From a virus (taxonomy: Duplodnaviria; Caudoviricetes): 49,369 bases of DNA. Location: positions 1 to 49,369 of the IMG/VR virus record IMGVR_UViG_3300037424_000186; one strand, 5' to 3'. Below are positions 19,812-28,618 of the stretch, piece after piece. Below the pieces are notes generated by a model. It was not told the origin of the DNA. It did no database searches and saw only the letters and a program-made list of their open reading frames with translations. Both the position numbers and the translations under genes were made by a program. The stretch's first letter is position 1. Every line of letters starts with the position of its first letter.

Positions 19812-21134
19812 TCAATACCCCGTCACGCTGGATCGGCCACGTTGCTGGCTGCGGTCATCTTCGTCATCCTCTTCGCCGTCTTCAGGCATTTCATAAGCCA
19901 CGCACATGAGCCCGAAGGCGTCGGCACCGTGAGATGACCAGTCGTGCTCAGGACCAAGCCCGACATTGCGCTCGTCATCCGATTTCTTTTCGTGATACCA
20001 GCCGAGGGCATCTCTGCCGGCCTCGGTCGTGTCCTTGTTGAACCGGATACTCGGAAACAGCCGCCGGGCGGCCTCGATACGCATCTTGGCCGCGCCCTTG
20101 CCCTGGTTCGGAATAACCCGGACCTCGAATAATGCCTGTCGCAGCGCGCTCTCGTATGAGACGTCGTAAACCTTGTCGTTCGTCGCGCCGTCATGCGGAA
20201 GGAAGCAATAAGCCTTTCCCCACCCCTGATCTCGTAACCACTGCACATGCGTCGCGAGCGGCTGACCTACCGCCTCGTAATAGTCCAGCACCCGAATGGT
20301 AGTCCCGACAAACTGAGCTATCCAGATGGCACATGCGTCGGCCTTGGCGCCCGTACCCCCGATATCCCAGAACGCACGGACGGTCATTAGTGGGTCAGGC
20401 GATACGTCGCCGATGTGTCCCTTTAGCTTGGCTTGTGATAACGATGCAGCGAAATACGCTCCCTCCACCACTGTCACGAAGTCGCCTTCCCAAACGTGGT
20501 CATATTGATCGGGACGCTTCTCCAAATCGTGGAGGCGCTTGATGTTCAGCTTTGCCGGGAACCACGGGTTATCCCGCCAGTTCATCTCGACAATCTTGGA
20601 CATTGGCGGCGGATCAGTGCGAAACCGCAAGTGTGTCGCGCTCTTCTTCCGCGCCGGGTTCCAAGTTACCCATATTTCCGACTCTTCCTCGCGGACTGTC
20701 GGATCAACGATCATCCAGGCATCTTCCGAGACCTGTTCAGCCTCGTCTACCCAAAGGATCAAGATCCGGGACTTTGATTTCAGGCTCATCAGGCTTCGAC
20801 GTAGCCCGATGAACGCGAACTCTACCCGGCCGTCCTTGGTGCGGATGTAGCTCTCGCCAACATCATACTTTTCAGCCAGCCAAGGCTCCTCAGCGATGGC
20901 CATTTTGATTTCAGCGAAGGAACTGTCTGCCAGAGAGTTCATAAACTCACGGCCACAAACAACCACACCATTAACGCCAGCGTCACCAAACATCGCGCCG
21001 CGAACGGCGGCCATCTTGGCGAACGTTCTGGTCTTGGCCGATCCTCGCCCCCCGTAGGAGCCGCGATACATAGCCTCGCCGGTAAAGACCGGGACTAGCT
21101 TATCGGGTATCCTGATCTGTAGAGCGGACACCAA
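19812..21134 (-). CDS. terL: Terminase large subunit (PBSX/Terminase_3 type)
   Basis: Walker A GGRGSAKT; Walker B WVDEAE; TWNP; nuclease motifs WDIG and HGADAF. Confidence 0.95.
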   Translation of the reverse strand: MVSALQIRIPDKLVPVFTGEAMYRGSYGGRGSAKTRTFAKMAAVRGAMFGDAGVNGVVVCGREFMNSLADSSFAEIKMAIAEEPWLAEKYDVGESYIRTKDGRVEFAFIGLRRSLMSLKSKSRILILWVDEAEQVSEDAWMIVDPTVREEESEIWVTWNPARKKSATHLRFRTDPPPMSKIVEMNWRDNPWFPAKLNIKRLHDLEKRPDQYDHVWEGDFVTVVEGAYFAASLSQAKLKGHIGDVSPDPLMTVRAFWDIGGTGAKADACAIWIAQFVGTTIRVLDYYEAVGQPLATHVQWLRDQGWGKAYCFLPHDGATNDKVYDVSYESALRQALFEVRVIPNQGKGAAKMRIEAARRLFPSIRFNKDTTEAGRDALGWYHEKKSDDERNVGLGPEHDWSSHGADAFGLMCVAYEMPEDGEEDDEDDRSQQRGRSSVTGY

Positions 21135-21399
21135 TCAGCTCAATTCTGGTAAAGGTTTGGAGTGGATTCTCAGCGTCGCCCGCTATCTGCATCGGTAGAA
21201 CCTTGCCCAGAAGCGCCATAAACGGCCCTGGGTTGGCCATCGCCTGTATCTTGAGATACCCGACCAATCCATCTTTCTCGCCACCAGCAAGCGTCGCTGC
21301 AGTCAGGATGGCATCTTTCAAAATCGCGGTGTTCTTGTTCGGAGTCCCCTTCTGACGACCGCCAGTCTTAGGCGCCCCTTTCGGTTTCCCTCTGGGCAT
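21100..21399 (-). CDS. terS: Terminase small subunit
   Basis: KTGGRQKGTPNK...F..LLGKVLP; overlaps terL. Confidence 0.8.
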   Translation of the reverse strand: MPRGKPKGAPKTGGRQKGTPNKNTAILKDAILTAATLAGGEKDGLVGYLKIQAMANPGPFMALLGKVLPMQIAGDAENPLQTFTRIELIGVRSTDQDTR

Positions 21400-21430
21400 T
21401 CTTCATCCATTCAAATCCAGTTTAGAATTT

Positions 21431-21487
21431 TCAGCACGATCCCGGCTTCGGCTTCGTTGGCTTCGGGCGGGGCTTGGGTTTCTTCAT
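21431..21487 (-). CDS. Lys/Pro-rich micropeptide MKKPKPRPKPTKPKPGSC
   Basis: Translated by hand; GGAG RBS; ATGA overlap with the upstream ORF. Confidence 0.45.
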   Translation of the reverse strand: MKKPKPRPKPTKPKPGSC

Positions 21488-21636
21488 GGGGTGCTCCAAT
21501 GTGGTTCGAACGGCTTGAGTGTAATCGGGTTTAACCCGCGCACTTCGGCATAGCGCCGCTTGGCCTCGTCAGCCCTACGGGCCTCAGCAGCCTTTTGCTC
21601 TAGGAATTCTTTGCTCAACGGTATCTTGGTTTCCAT
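21484..21636 (-). CDS. Small hypothetical protein (50 aa, METKIPLSK...)
   Basis: Translated by hand; GGGAG RBS. Confidence 0.5.
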   Translation of the reverse strand: METKIPLSKEFLEQKAAEARRADEAKRRYAEVRGLNPITLKPFEPHWSTP

Positions 21637-21649
21637 ATTTGCTCCCAAT

Positions 21650-21680
21650 GAAAAACCCGCGGCCAGTTTCCCGGCGCGGG
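21650..21680 (-). terminator. Terminator-like hairpin at head of late operon
   Basis: AAAAA CCCGCG...GCGGG interrupted stem. Confidence 0.45.
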
Positions 21681-21803
21681 CGCAAATTGTTCTAGTCGGT
21701 TTTCGAAATCCGGTGGGCCTGAAACCGACTAATCGTCAAAAGTTGCCCGCCTATCGCAAATCACTTGCGACGATGCCCAATCTGGGGTGATTTGCTGGAC
21801 CAG

Positions 21804-22127
21804 TCAAGCGGAATTACACTGGTCTGTGTGCGATGTTGATTTCCTCGTACCCGGCAGTGATGGCATCGGCATCCAGTGGGTTGGATCCACTTCGATTTGC
21901 TCAACAGCAGTGGAAACTCCGGTCATTCCGCCGTAGTCGTGAACCTCCATTATGGACTCAACGCTGAGCCAGCGAGCCGGACCGCCATACTCGCCTACGG
22001 CAAAATGCCCGATTGTTACTGGAGGGTCTGCGTCCCCATAGCCCTGCCTGGGAATGCCCCGCGGACAATACAAGACGACAATCGAGTTATCCTTCGGAGC
22101 GGTTTCTATCGGCTGCCATTCGGTCAT
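21804..22127 (-). CDS. DUF551-like protein
   Basis: MTEWQPIETAPKD...PTHWMP. Confidence 0.7.
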   Translation of the reverse strand: MTEWQPIETAPKDNSIVVLYCPRGIPRQGYGDADPPVTIGHFAVGEYGGPARWLSVESIMEVHDYGGMTGVSTAVEQIEVDPTHWMPMPSLPGTRKSTSHTDQCNSA

Positions 22128-22687
22128 GATTTGCCCTCGCTGATACCAGGAGTCATAGCAAAACCATAAACCACCGCCAAACATTCCAAGCATTCCCGGA
22201 ACCGCATTCCGAAGTATTTTTCCCAGCGCTCTCCGGACAGCCCCCTTGCTCCCGCAACCTGAGAGCATGTCTGCCGGCCGATTAGAACGGCGTGGATAAG
22301 ACCGGAGCCATCTGCACCCAATGCACGCCCCGCCCGGTTTAAGCGCCCCACGGCCTTCTGCTGCTGTTCTGTAATAGGTTCTGGAATGCGTCCGCCGTCA
22401 ACTGCTTCCTTGCTCGGGTCAATTGCGCGCGGACCTCGCTCGGCAATCTCGAAATCGTGTTGGAATGCGCGGCCGGCGTGGTATTGTGCTTCGTCGATCT
22501 GATGCCGCGCGTGAAGGTTAGCCAACGGGTCGTTCTTGATGTTCCGCTCGGCAACGGTCTTGGCACCTAGTTCGTAGGGGTCATCAACTTCGATCAGATG
22601 CCGCGGATACTCCGGGTTCGGCCTCCCCTTCTTGCTCGCCGAAATCCCAACCCGCCTGATGTTCTTGCTCATGGAGTGTCCGTGCAT
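22124..22687 (-). CDS. Late regulator/antiterminator-like protein (DUF6456-like)
   Basis: DPLA.LHAR.QID.AQY.AGR...D.SKE.VDGG motif with C-terminal HTH; Q-like position. Confidence 0.6.
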   Translation of the reverse strand: MHGHSMSKNIRRVGISASKKGRPNPEYPRHLIEVDDPYELGAKTVAERNIKNDPLANLHARHQIDEAQYHAGRAFQHDFEIAERGPRAIDPSKEAVDGGRIPEPITEQQQKAVGRLNRAGRALGADGSGLIHAVLIGRQTCSQVAGARGLSGERWEKYFGMRFRECLECLAVVYGFAMTPGISEGKS

Positions 22688-22707
22688 GGTGGTTCCTTGG
22701 TTGGCGG

Positions 22708-22926
22708 TCATTCTTGTCGCAGGGCGCGGTTGCTGGCACGCCAAATGACGAACCCGGCGCAGAACAGCGCTCCCGTCCACCCGAACTGGTGAATAATTGA
22801 CAGCGCCATCATAGTGAGGCCAGTTGCCCAAAATCCTAGATCAAATCTGGTGTCTTCGTCTGCCAGCCGCCAAGCAGCCTTAAGCCGGTTAATTGATGCG
22901 CGGGTGTTTGCCCATGTGTCAGTCAT
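22708..22926 (-). CDS. Small membrane protein
   Basis: 72 aa with two hydrophobic segments. Confidence 0.5.
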   Translation of the reverse strand: MTDTWANTRASINRLKAAWRLADEDTRFDLGFWATGLTMMALSIIHQFGWTGALFCAGFVIWRASNRALRQE

Positions 22927-23141
22927 TATCCATCTCCATCCGTCTGCTTGAACTTCCCGGCGCGATAATCTCTCAGCCACTCCCGCGATTTCTCCAGCCT
23001 TGCGATGTTCTCCGGCTTGGTGCTGGCGAGCGGGAGGCCGGAGGTGGTGGTGTCTATCACAGGTGCCTGTTTCTGTTCCGTTATCGGAATTCCGATGGCG
23101 GGCTTTTCCCTTACCGAGCCGTCTGAGGGGTCGCGGATCAT
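22926..23141 (-). CDS. Hypothetical protein
   Basis: Overlapping start/stop codons with neighbours. Confidence 0.5.
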   Translation of the reverse strand: MIRDPSDGSVREKPAIGIPITEQKQAPVIDTTTSGLPLASTKPENIARLEKSREWLRDYRAGKFKQTDGDG

Positions 23142-23305
23142 GCGGCTGCGTTCCACTTCTGAACAGATTCATGCTCTGTATCAGCAGCCGGACCGCGCGC
23201 GCTGCAATCGTCGCACTCAACCCATGCGTCAGTAATCAGGTTGTTGCCGTCCGTTTCGGTCCAGAGCGTTACGCACCTAGACCGGCAGAACGGGCACTTG
23301 TTCAT
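23138..23305 (-). CDS. Lar-family restriction alleviation-like Zn protein
   Basis: CPFC...V.C.DC.ARGP......WN. Confidence 0.7.
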   Translation of the reverse strand: MNKCPFCRSRCVTLWTETDGNNLITDAWVECDDCSARGPAADTEHESVQKWNAAA

Positions 23306-23363
23306 CGCTTCAGAGAATATTTCGCTCAATTCTTCCTCCCCGAGATGCCAGCGAGAGCGAGGG

Positions 23364-24254
23364 TCATGCGTCCATCCTCCGGAGCTCAAGGCCGTATTTC
23401 TCGAGCATCTCTCGAGGAGCTCGGCAGGCTGGTGAATCCGGGTCTGGACCAGCTTGCGGCGACCAATGCCCGAATTTCTTGTAGCTCGTGAGAACCTGGT
23501 CCCAATCGAGCTCGGTAGCGGCATCAAATCTCGAGACCGCGCTTTCAACGAAATCCTCCGAGTTTAGCCAGCTTGCCGGCATCGGGATAAATTCTGTCCC
23601 CACTCTCGAGCGGAGCTCGTCGCCAAGCCGTCTGGCGGCTTCGATGATTACCGCAGGATCAACCCCAGTTTTCACCAGCGAATTGAACTTTCGCTCAGCG
23701 GCCTTCCAGCCGTAGTTTCCCTTCCGCCTTGGGAAGACCTTTTTGAGATTTTCGAAATCATCACTCGAGCTCGAAGGCTGCGGAGCAGCCGCACGTTTCT
23801 TAGATTTAGGTAAGGTTAGGTCAGGTAAGGTAAGGTGGTCATCGTTACGTTTATCGTCACGTTGAACGTTACGTCGCGCTGACGTTGCGGCCTCAGTCCT
23901 CTTACGTTGTTTGTTACGTTGTTCGTCGGCCTCTATAGCCTTTTCGCAAACTACCGGGTGGTACATCCGGCCATCCGAACACTCGATAAAACCGTGCATG
24001 GCGTCGTCTTTGACGCGCACCCACCCCTCGAGATCGCGACCGTAACCAGCCAGGTTGGCGAGCAATCGGTCGTCAGCCGGCAGTGAACCGGCCGGAACTT
24101 GATGCCAAGCTGCACACCATAGGAGGACGGCAGCCCTGAATGCGTCACCAGAGGCCAGCACAGACAGATCGCTGTCCCGAAGCCGCTTCACCTCGAGCGG
24201 CATCCAGTCAAAATCACGAAGGTCCAAGCCTGCTGGTGTTAGCGGTTCAGTCAT
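23364..24254 (-). CDS. Replication initiator (DUF1376/YdaU-like)
   Basis: WMPLEVKRLRDSD, LLWCAAWHQVPAGSLP.DD and FI.C.DGR.YHPVV; C-terminal FIPMPASWLN. Confidence 0.8.
   Translation of the reverse strand: MTEPLTPAGLDLRDFDWMPLEVKRLRDSDLSVLASGDAFRAAVLLWCAAWHQVPAGSLPADDRLLANLAGYGRDLEGWVRVKDDAMHGFIECSDGRMYHPVVCEKAIEADEQRNKQRKRTEAATSARRNVQRDDKRNDDHLTLPDLTLPKSKKRAAAPQPSSSSDDFENLKKVFPRRKGNYGWKAAERKFNSLVKTGVDPAVIIEAARRLGDELRSRVGTEFIPMPASWLNSEDFVESAVSRFDAATELDWDQVLTSYKKFGHWSPQAGPDPDSPACRAPREMLEKYGLELRRMDA
23806..23920. repeat. Candidate replication origin iterons inside initiator gene
   Basis: CGT(T/C)ACGT at 23843, 23855 and 23867 (12-bp period); TTACGTT at 23902 and 23914; TAAGG/TTAGG pentamer run at 23806-23836. 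Confidence 0.6.
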
Positions 24255-24262
24255 TTCCGCTC

Positions 24263-24718
24263 CTAGTTCAGGGAACGGTCTGGATGAAATCGGGACTTAA
24301 GCGGGAGCCCCGAGCTCTTGCAGTGCTCAATGAATTCGAAGCACCGAGATATCTCCGCGACGATTCCCAATGTCTCGAGAGCCCCGTATGCCTTCTCCTT
24401 GTCTGGCACGATAAGCATGAAAGCGTCGTGGGCGACCGTGCATGCGCCGATGGCAGCATCAACCGGACTGACGTTGAACCATTCCCCAACGAGCCGGAAC
24501 TCAGCCAAATGGCTGTGGAGCTCCTGCTCGATCGCCTGAACCAAATCCCTGGTTGGGATCGGTATGGCGCTTATGATCTCGAGCTTTTTGGCGTTGCCTG
24601 TCTGAATACCACTAAGACGGCTAACCAAGCTCGAGGTGATGCCAATCTTGCAAGGGGAGACAGGAACGCCATCCTCAACTGAGGCAATCACATAGAGGTA
24701 ATGAATTCCGGTCATCAC
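24263..24718 (-). CDS. GIY-YIG nuclease A (T5orf172/MUG113 family)
   Basis: YLYVI...KIGIT...RL..IQTGN...E..LH......R..GEWF. Confidence 0.8.
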   Translation of the reverse strand: MMTGIHYLYVIASVEDGVPVSPCKIGITSSLVSRLSGIQTGNAKKLEIISAIPIPTRDLVQAIEQELHSHLAEFRLVGEWFNVSPVDAAIGACTVAHDAFMLIVPDKEKAYGALETLGIVAEISRCFEFIEHCKSSGLPLKSRFHPDRSLN

Positions 24719-24966
24719 TCGATCCCCATTTGCCCGCGGTAGAGGTCGATCATGGCCTCTCGAGCGGCGCGCTTCGCGGGGTCCTCACGCCGAGCTCGGA
24801 CGATTGCCCGGAGCGCAGGCACGTCGAAACCGTTGCTCGAGGCTTCCTTGTAGATATCGGCCCGGTCGGACTGGCTTTCCTTGATCTCGAGCTCTACGGC
24901 TTCGACCCTCGAGATAATGGCTTTCAACTGCTCTTTCGAATTATGCCCCTGCTGTGCTTCGCTCAT
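24715..24966 (-). CDS. gapR: GapR-like nucleoid-associated protein (DUF2312)
   Basis: QLKAIISRVEAVE.E......D..DIYKEA.SNGFDV.ALR.IV..R. Confidence 0.8.
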   Translation of the reverse strand: MSEAQQGHNSKEQLKAIISRVEAVELEIKESQSDRADIYKEASSNGFDVPALRAIVRARREDPAKRAAREAMIDLYRGQMGIE

Positions 24967-25148
24967 TTGCGTCCTTTCTGGGTATAGGTAGTGCGGACTG
25001 CCCTATTGTAGGCTGCGATGATTTTAGTGGCCCGGCGCTTCATTATTGGCTGCACGAACTTCACCGTGTCTGGGTGATCCCAGGGCATCCTTGGATTTTC
25101 GACTTCGTACATCGCCCTGGCGACGACATCACGGACTGAGGGTTTCAT
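24963..25148 (-). CDS. Hypothetical protein
   Basis: GAGGAG RBS; ATGA overlap. Confidence 0.55.
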   Translation of the reverse strand: MKPSVRDVVARAMYEVENPRMPWDHPDTVKFVQPIMKRRATKIIAAYNRAVRTTYTQKGRK

Positions 25149-25302
25149 GATCTCCTCTTTCTGTATGGGTGGGGGTAACTGTTTCATGGGAAACAAACTC
25201 GGTGACGACGCGATCAATCAGCCGTTGACGGGCGCACGGACGACATACGAGACAGCGCCCGCGGTGGAAGTTCTCGCAATCTGGGCATTTGCGAAGGCTC
25301 AT
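25129..25302 (-). CDS. Small Zn-finger protein
   Basis: CPDC...CLVCRPC. Confidence 0.45.
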   Translation of the reverse strand: MSLRKCPDCENFHRGRCLVCRPCARQRLIDRVVTEFVSHETVTPTHTERGDHETLSP

Positions 25303-25877
25303 CCATCCCTCCGCAGCCATCGGAGATCAGCCGGGCCGATGCGGCCTTTAGTCCAGACCAGCCAGCAGAAATCCATCTTGCCTCCGCCGGGCTTCTCGCC
25401 GGCCGTGATGGTGTGGCCGGGCGGCATGCTGGGACGAGGCGTCATCAGCCAGACGCGCGCCAGTGGCGTTTCTCGCAGCCAGTGAGCCGCATTGAGACGC
25501 GCCGTGGGGAAGATCATCGCGACCTTGCCGACGCCATCCAGCGCCAGCGCGCGCGCGGCAAACTGCGGTGCAACGTTGAACGGAGGATTGCAGACCACGT
25601 CGCCCTTGATGGGGTGCTGCTTCATGGTCAGGAAATCATGGATTCCGCCGAAATCCGCATAGCCGCGGTCTTTGATGTCAGTTCCGACTGAAGTGAAGCC
25701 GGCATTGATCGCAGCAATCGGTATTCGACCGAAACCGCAGCAGGGATCCCAGATCGGGCCGTCAAACTTCTCTTCGGCAAACAGCCGCTCGCTGCACCAA
25801 TGCGGTTCGACATAGTGTTCATTGGCCTCGCGCTCCCATGAGTGAGCGTTGATCGGCGTGGATTCTGCGATGCTCAT
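25299..25877 (-). CDS. Orphan amino (N6A/N4C) DNA methyltransferase
   Basis: SAM motif WDPCCGFG; catalytic motif NPPF. Confidence 0.75.
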   Translation of the reverse strand: MSIAESTPINAHSWEREANEHYVEPHWCSERLFAEEKFDGPIWDPCCGFGRIPIAAINAGFTSVGTDIKDRGYADFGGIHDFLTMKQHPIKGDVVCNPPFNVAPQFAARALALDGVGKVAMIFPTARLNAAHWLRETPLARVWLMTPRPSMPPGHTITAGEKPGGGKMDFCWLVWTKGRIGPADLRWLRRDG

Positions 25878-26026
25878 GCTGCCCTGCACTCGCTCTTGAT
25901 CTGCCTCGCCACCTCCAGCGCCTTCACCCTTTGCCTGATCCTGTCCCGTGACTTGGGATCGGCTTTCGACAGGGCCAGGCGCTTGGCTTTGAGCAGACGG
26001 AGCAACGTTTTGGTATTTGCCTTCAT
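25874..26026 (-). CDS. Small basic protein (50 aa)
   Basis: Translated by hand (MKANTKTLLRLLKAKRL...); GGAGG RBS. Confidence 0.5.
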   Translation of the reverse strand: MKANTKTLLRLLKAKRLALSKADPKSRDRIRQRVKALEVARQIKSECRAA

Positions 26027-26072
26027 GATGCTTCCTCCATGCGCTTCAGCCGCCTTGCCTGAAAGCGCAATT

Positions 26073-26279
26073 TCATTTTCCTGATTCCTTTGCCATCATT
26101 CCCCATTCAACCAACAGCCTCACTTGCTCAGCAAAGCTGGTCTTGTGCTTAACCGAGCGGTCGCGAACCTGGGCAAACGTTTCTTCATCGAACGCAACTA
26201 CGATCCGGCGCAGACCGGCGTAATGCTCAGGCGCCGCCAGTGAGGAACGCCGCGTCGAACCATAGCCCGGCTGTTTCAT
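26073..26279 (-). CDS. Ribbon-helix-helix-like small protein
   Basis: RIVVAFDEETF..V......TSFAEQVRLLVE. Confidence 0.5.
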   Translation of the reverse strand: MKQPGYGSTRRSSLAAPEHYAGLRRIVVAFDEETFAQVRDRSVKHKTSFAEQVRLLVEWGMMAKESGK

Positions 26280-26443
26280 GCTTCCTCCAAGCGCTTCAGG
26301 CGCTTTGCTTGGAATGCCAGTGCAGCCAGATAGGTTGTGAGCACCACGGAATATCCGGCAGCCTTAAGCTCCTCCCGAAGCTTGTCTACGCGGATGGCTT
26401 TCTGTGCCTCGCTACGGTCTATGATGATGTCGTGGAGGTTCAT
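26276..26443 (-). CDS. Hypothetical protein (55 aa)
   Basis: Translated by hand; ATGA overlaps on both sides. Confidence 0.5.
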   Translation of the reverse strand: MNLHDIIIDRSEAQKAIRVDKLREELKAAGYSVVLTTYLAALAFQAKRLKRLEEA

Positions 26444-26901
26444 GGCGTCACCGTCGCTGCAGTGTTGCGAACGGCTTCGGTAAGCATGTTGCGAAGCTCG
26501 TCCTTTGTCATCTGGCGATCAAGGCGCGGGTATTTCTGTCTTGCAACGGTGATCGGGTTCCCTGTGAGGACCGAAAAAACAGTCATCAATGGCGGCTTTG
26601 CGTCGGGGTTGATGACCCTGGCTCTCGGCTTGCGCTCACGAGATTTGAAAATCGTTTTTGGCGGCCTCTGTCGTGCGTGCGGCGTTTCCGAAGGGATTGG
26701 ATCAAACGCCCGCTTCTGTCCGTTGACATTGCGGGCTCGGGTGTGGGCAGGGAGATTAAGACGCCTCGCCTTGCCTATCACCGCGTTGCGCGTAACCCCG
26801 ATAACAGCACCGATCTGCGCGCAGGAATATCCGTGGCTCCATAGCCGAACCAGATCGGCTACAAGCGCTTCAGTCCATACCGAGCCATTAGCATTTGGCA
26901 T
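26440..26901 (-). CDS. gcrA: GcrA-like cell-cycle regulator
   Basis: WTEA....L.RLW..G.S.AQI...IGVTRNAVIGK.RRL.L N-terminal HTH. Confidence 0.8.
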   Translation of the reverse strand: MPNANGSVWTEALVADLVRLWSHGYSCAQIGAVIGVTRNAVIGKARRLNLPAHTRARNVNGQKRAFDPIPSETPHARQRPPKTIFKSRERKPRARVINPDAKPPLMTVFSVLTGNPITVARQKYPRLDRQMTKDELRNMLTEAVRNTAATVTP

Positions 26902-27097
26902 TCAAATCCCCTGCTTGTTAAAGGCTTCTCTGAAACAATGTCTTCAGCAACGGCTCGATCTCCGCCGCCCTAAACTCAGCGCTGGGCGATGCAATGAACG
27001 CTGGGAGGTCCAGCGCCTCCATGAAGGCTTCTTCGTTGAGGACGAAGCGGTTGTCTTCGTCGGTGATGAAGGGGCTCACGACAGGCATGACTGTCAT

Positions 27098-27433
27098 TTA
27101 AATCTCCTTGCCCAAAAGAGCCTTAGCCGCCCGAACAGCAGCGTTATCAGGCCCGGTGATTTCCTCGGTTCGTTCGATATCATTTGCTAGCTTCCGCATC
27201 TGTGCCGCACACTCTGCGAGATAAGCCGCCCTGATGCTCTCGTAGACCGAGATGCTGATTGTCCTAAGTCGCTCCCGGCGATAACGAAGCGACCATAGGA
27301 ATCCGTAATCCACGCCGTACTGACGTTCGATTTGACGCATGGCGTTTTCTGTGTCGCCAGGCCCTCGCGCCTTCATGCGAGTTAAATCTTTCGACCACGC
27401 AACTGCCTGATCGATGAACGCGGCGTCAGACAT
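27098..27433 (-). CDS. Conserved phage regulatory protein (CII-like position)
   Basis: RGPGD.ENAMR.I...YG.....LWSLRYR. Confidence 0.55.
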   Translation of the reverse strand: MSDAAFIDQAVAWSKDLTRMKARGPGDTENAMRQIERQYGVDYGFLWSLRYRRERLRTISISVYESIRAAYLAECAAQMRKLANDIERTEEITGPDNAAVRAAKALLGKEI

Positions 27434-28008
27434 CTTCCAAATCCTTTTGCACACTTGCAAAGCCCTTCCATGTTTGATGATCGACATGGAAGGCACGCAC
27501 GATAACGACAACACAGACACTTGGATTTCGCTCGCTGCGCTAACAGCGAACGTCACGCGATTCTTACAGACGGACAAAAACCAAAATACTCAAGACGACG
27601 AGAAGCGGCGCGATGACCATCGCAAAGAAGAGGAGGCCCGGCTCGCGCTCGTCAGGCGAAGGCTCGCTGATCTCGCGGAGTTCGAGCGAAGGGCGCGGGG
27701 GAAATGATTTCCGCCAGTGCATCAGAGCGCCTCCCAATCAAAACCGCACGGGCCCGCTTCTGGAATTGCTGCGACGGCAGCCACCGGGAGGGGGCTGGAG
27801 GTATTGACTGCCGTCGCTTCGCTGGGTGTCGCAGCGAACTCGGTATTGGGGTGAGGTTCGTCAATCATGTTGACAGAATTGGAACCGATCAAAAGTTTGT
27901 CGGTTGTGTGAAGAGTTGATGACAACCACGCTTGACCTATGGCAGGATGTGACCTCGTTACCCGGCGGGGGGTCTCCCAATGCCAAATGTAATTCGGCCA
28001 TCGCGTTT

Positions 28009-28215
28009 TCATGCGCGAGCGCCTTCTTCGACAGGGTACAAATCAGGTCGCAGCTCGTGCCGGGACACTCCCGAAATCCGCTCGACCTCCAACACGCGCA
28101 GCGGGGGAACTTCTTCCCATTGGGCAACTGCCTGCTTGGTAATTTGCAATGAAGCCGCGAGCTTTGTGAGACCGCCAGCGGCTTCAATGGCTCGATACAA
28201 TGGGGTGTTTGACAT
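28009..28215 (-). CDS. cro: Cro-like repressor (YdaS family)
   Basis: AIEAAGG..KLA..L.IT.QAV.QW..VP..R...VE..SGVSR..LRPDLY. Confidence 0.85.
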   Translation of the reverse strand: MSNTPLYRAIEAAGGLTKLAASLQITKQAVAQWEEVPPLRVLEVERISGVSRHELRPDLYPVEEGARA

Positions 28216-28224
28216 GGCTGATAT

Positions 28225-28288
28225 GTCAAGCACGGCTTCACGGCAAAGTCAAGCCCTACTTCATTTACAGCGTCAAGCGCAGCTTTAT
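28225..28288. promoter_or_regulatory. Three 17-bp operators between cro and cI
   Basis: GTCAAGcacggCTTCAC at 28225, GTCAAGccctaCTTCAT at 28248, GTCAAGcgcagCTTTAT at 28272. Confidence 0.8.
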
Positions 28289-28297
28289 GCTGTTGAT

Positions 28298-28618
28298 ATG
28301 GTTATTGGAAAACTCATTGAGAGAGCTCGAAAGGCCAAGAAATGGAGCCTCCAACGGCTCGCGGACGAAATAGGCGTGACCAAGCAGCTCGTTTGGCAAT
28401 GGGAACGTGGGGACACGGACCCGAGAAAGCACATAGAAGCCCTTTCCAAGCTTTTAGACGTGCCCGTGGACTACTTTTACGGGTCAGGGCCTAAACCTGG
28501 CCCCCTCGCCGCCAAGATCAGCCGTCTCACTCCCGACCAGCAAGAACTCATTGAACGTATGGTGGATAGCCTTTTGGGCCCACCCGAGGACATTTTGCGT
28601 GAAGTCGGCGTGAAGTAG
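28298..28618 (+). CDS. cI: CI-like XRE repressor (short, no S24 peptidase domain)
   Basis: IERARKAKKWSLQRLADEIGVTKQLVWQWERG HTH; divergent from cro. Confidence 0.8.
   Translation: MVIGKLIERARKAKKWSLQRLADEIGVTKQLVWQWERGDTDPRKHIEALSKLLDVPVDYFYGSGPKPGPLAAKISRLTPDQQELIERMVDSLLGPPEDILREVGVK

Noticed and set aside
198-21399. Stop-codon reassignment or tail-chaperone frameshift
   Set aside because: Genes are full-length in code 11 with TAG, TGA and TAA all used as stops; there is no tape-measure gene (podovirus layout).
27488-28012. Small ORFs between cro and the 27098-27433 gene
   Set aside because: Overlapping candidates on both strands without motifs or a clear RBS; I could not choose between them.
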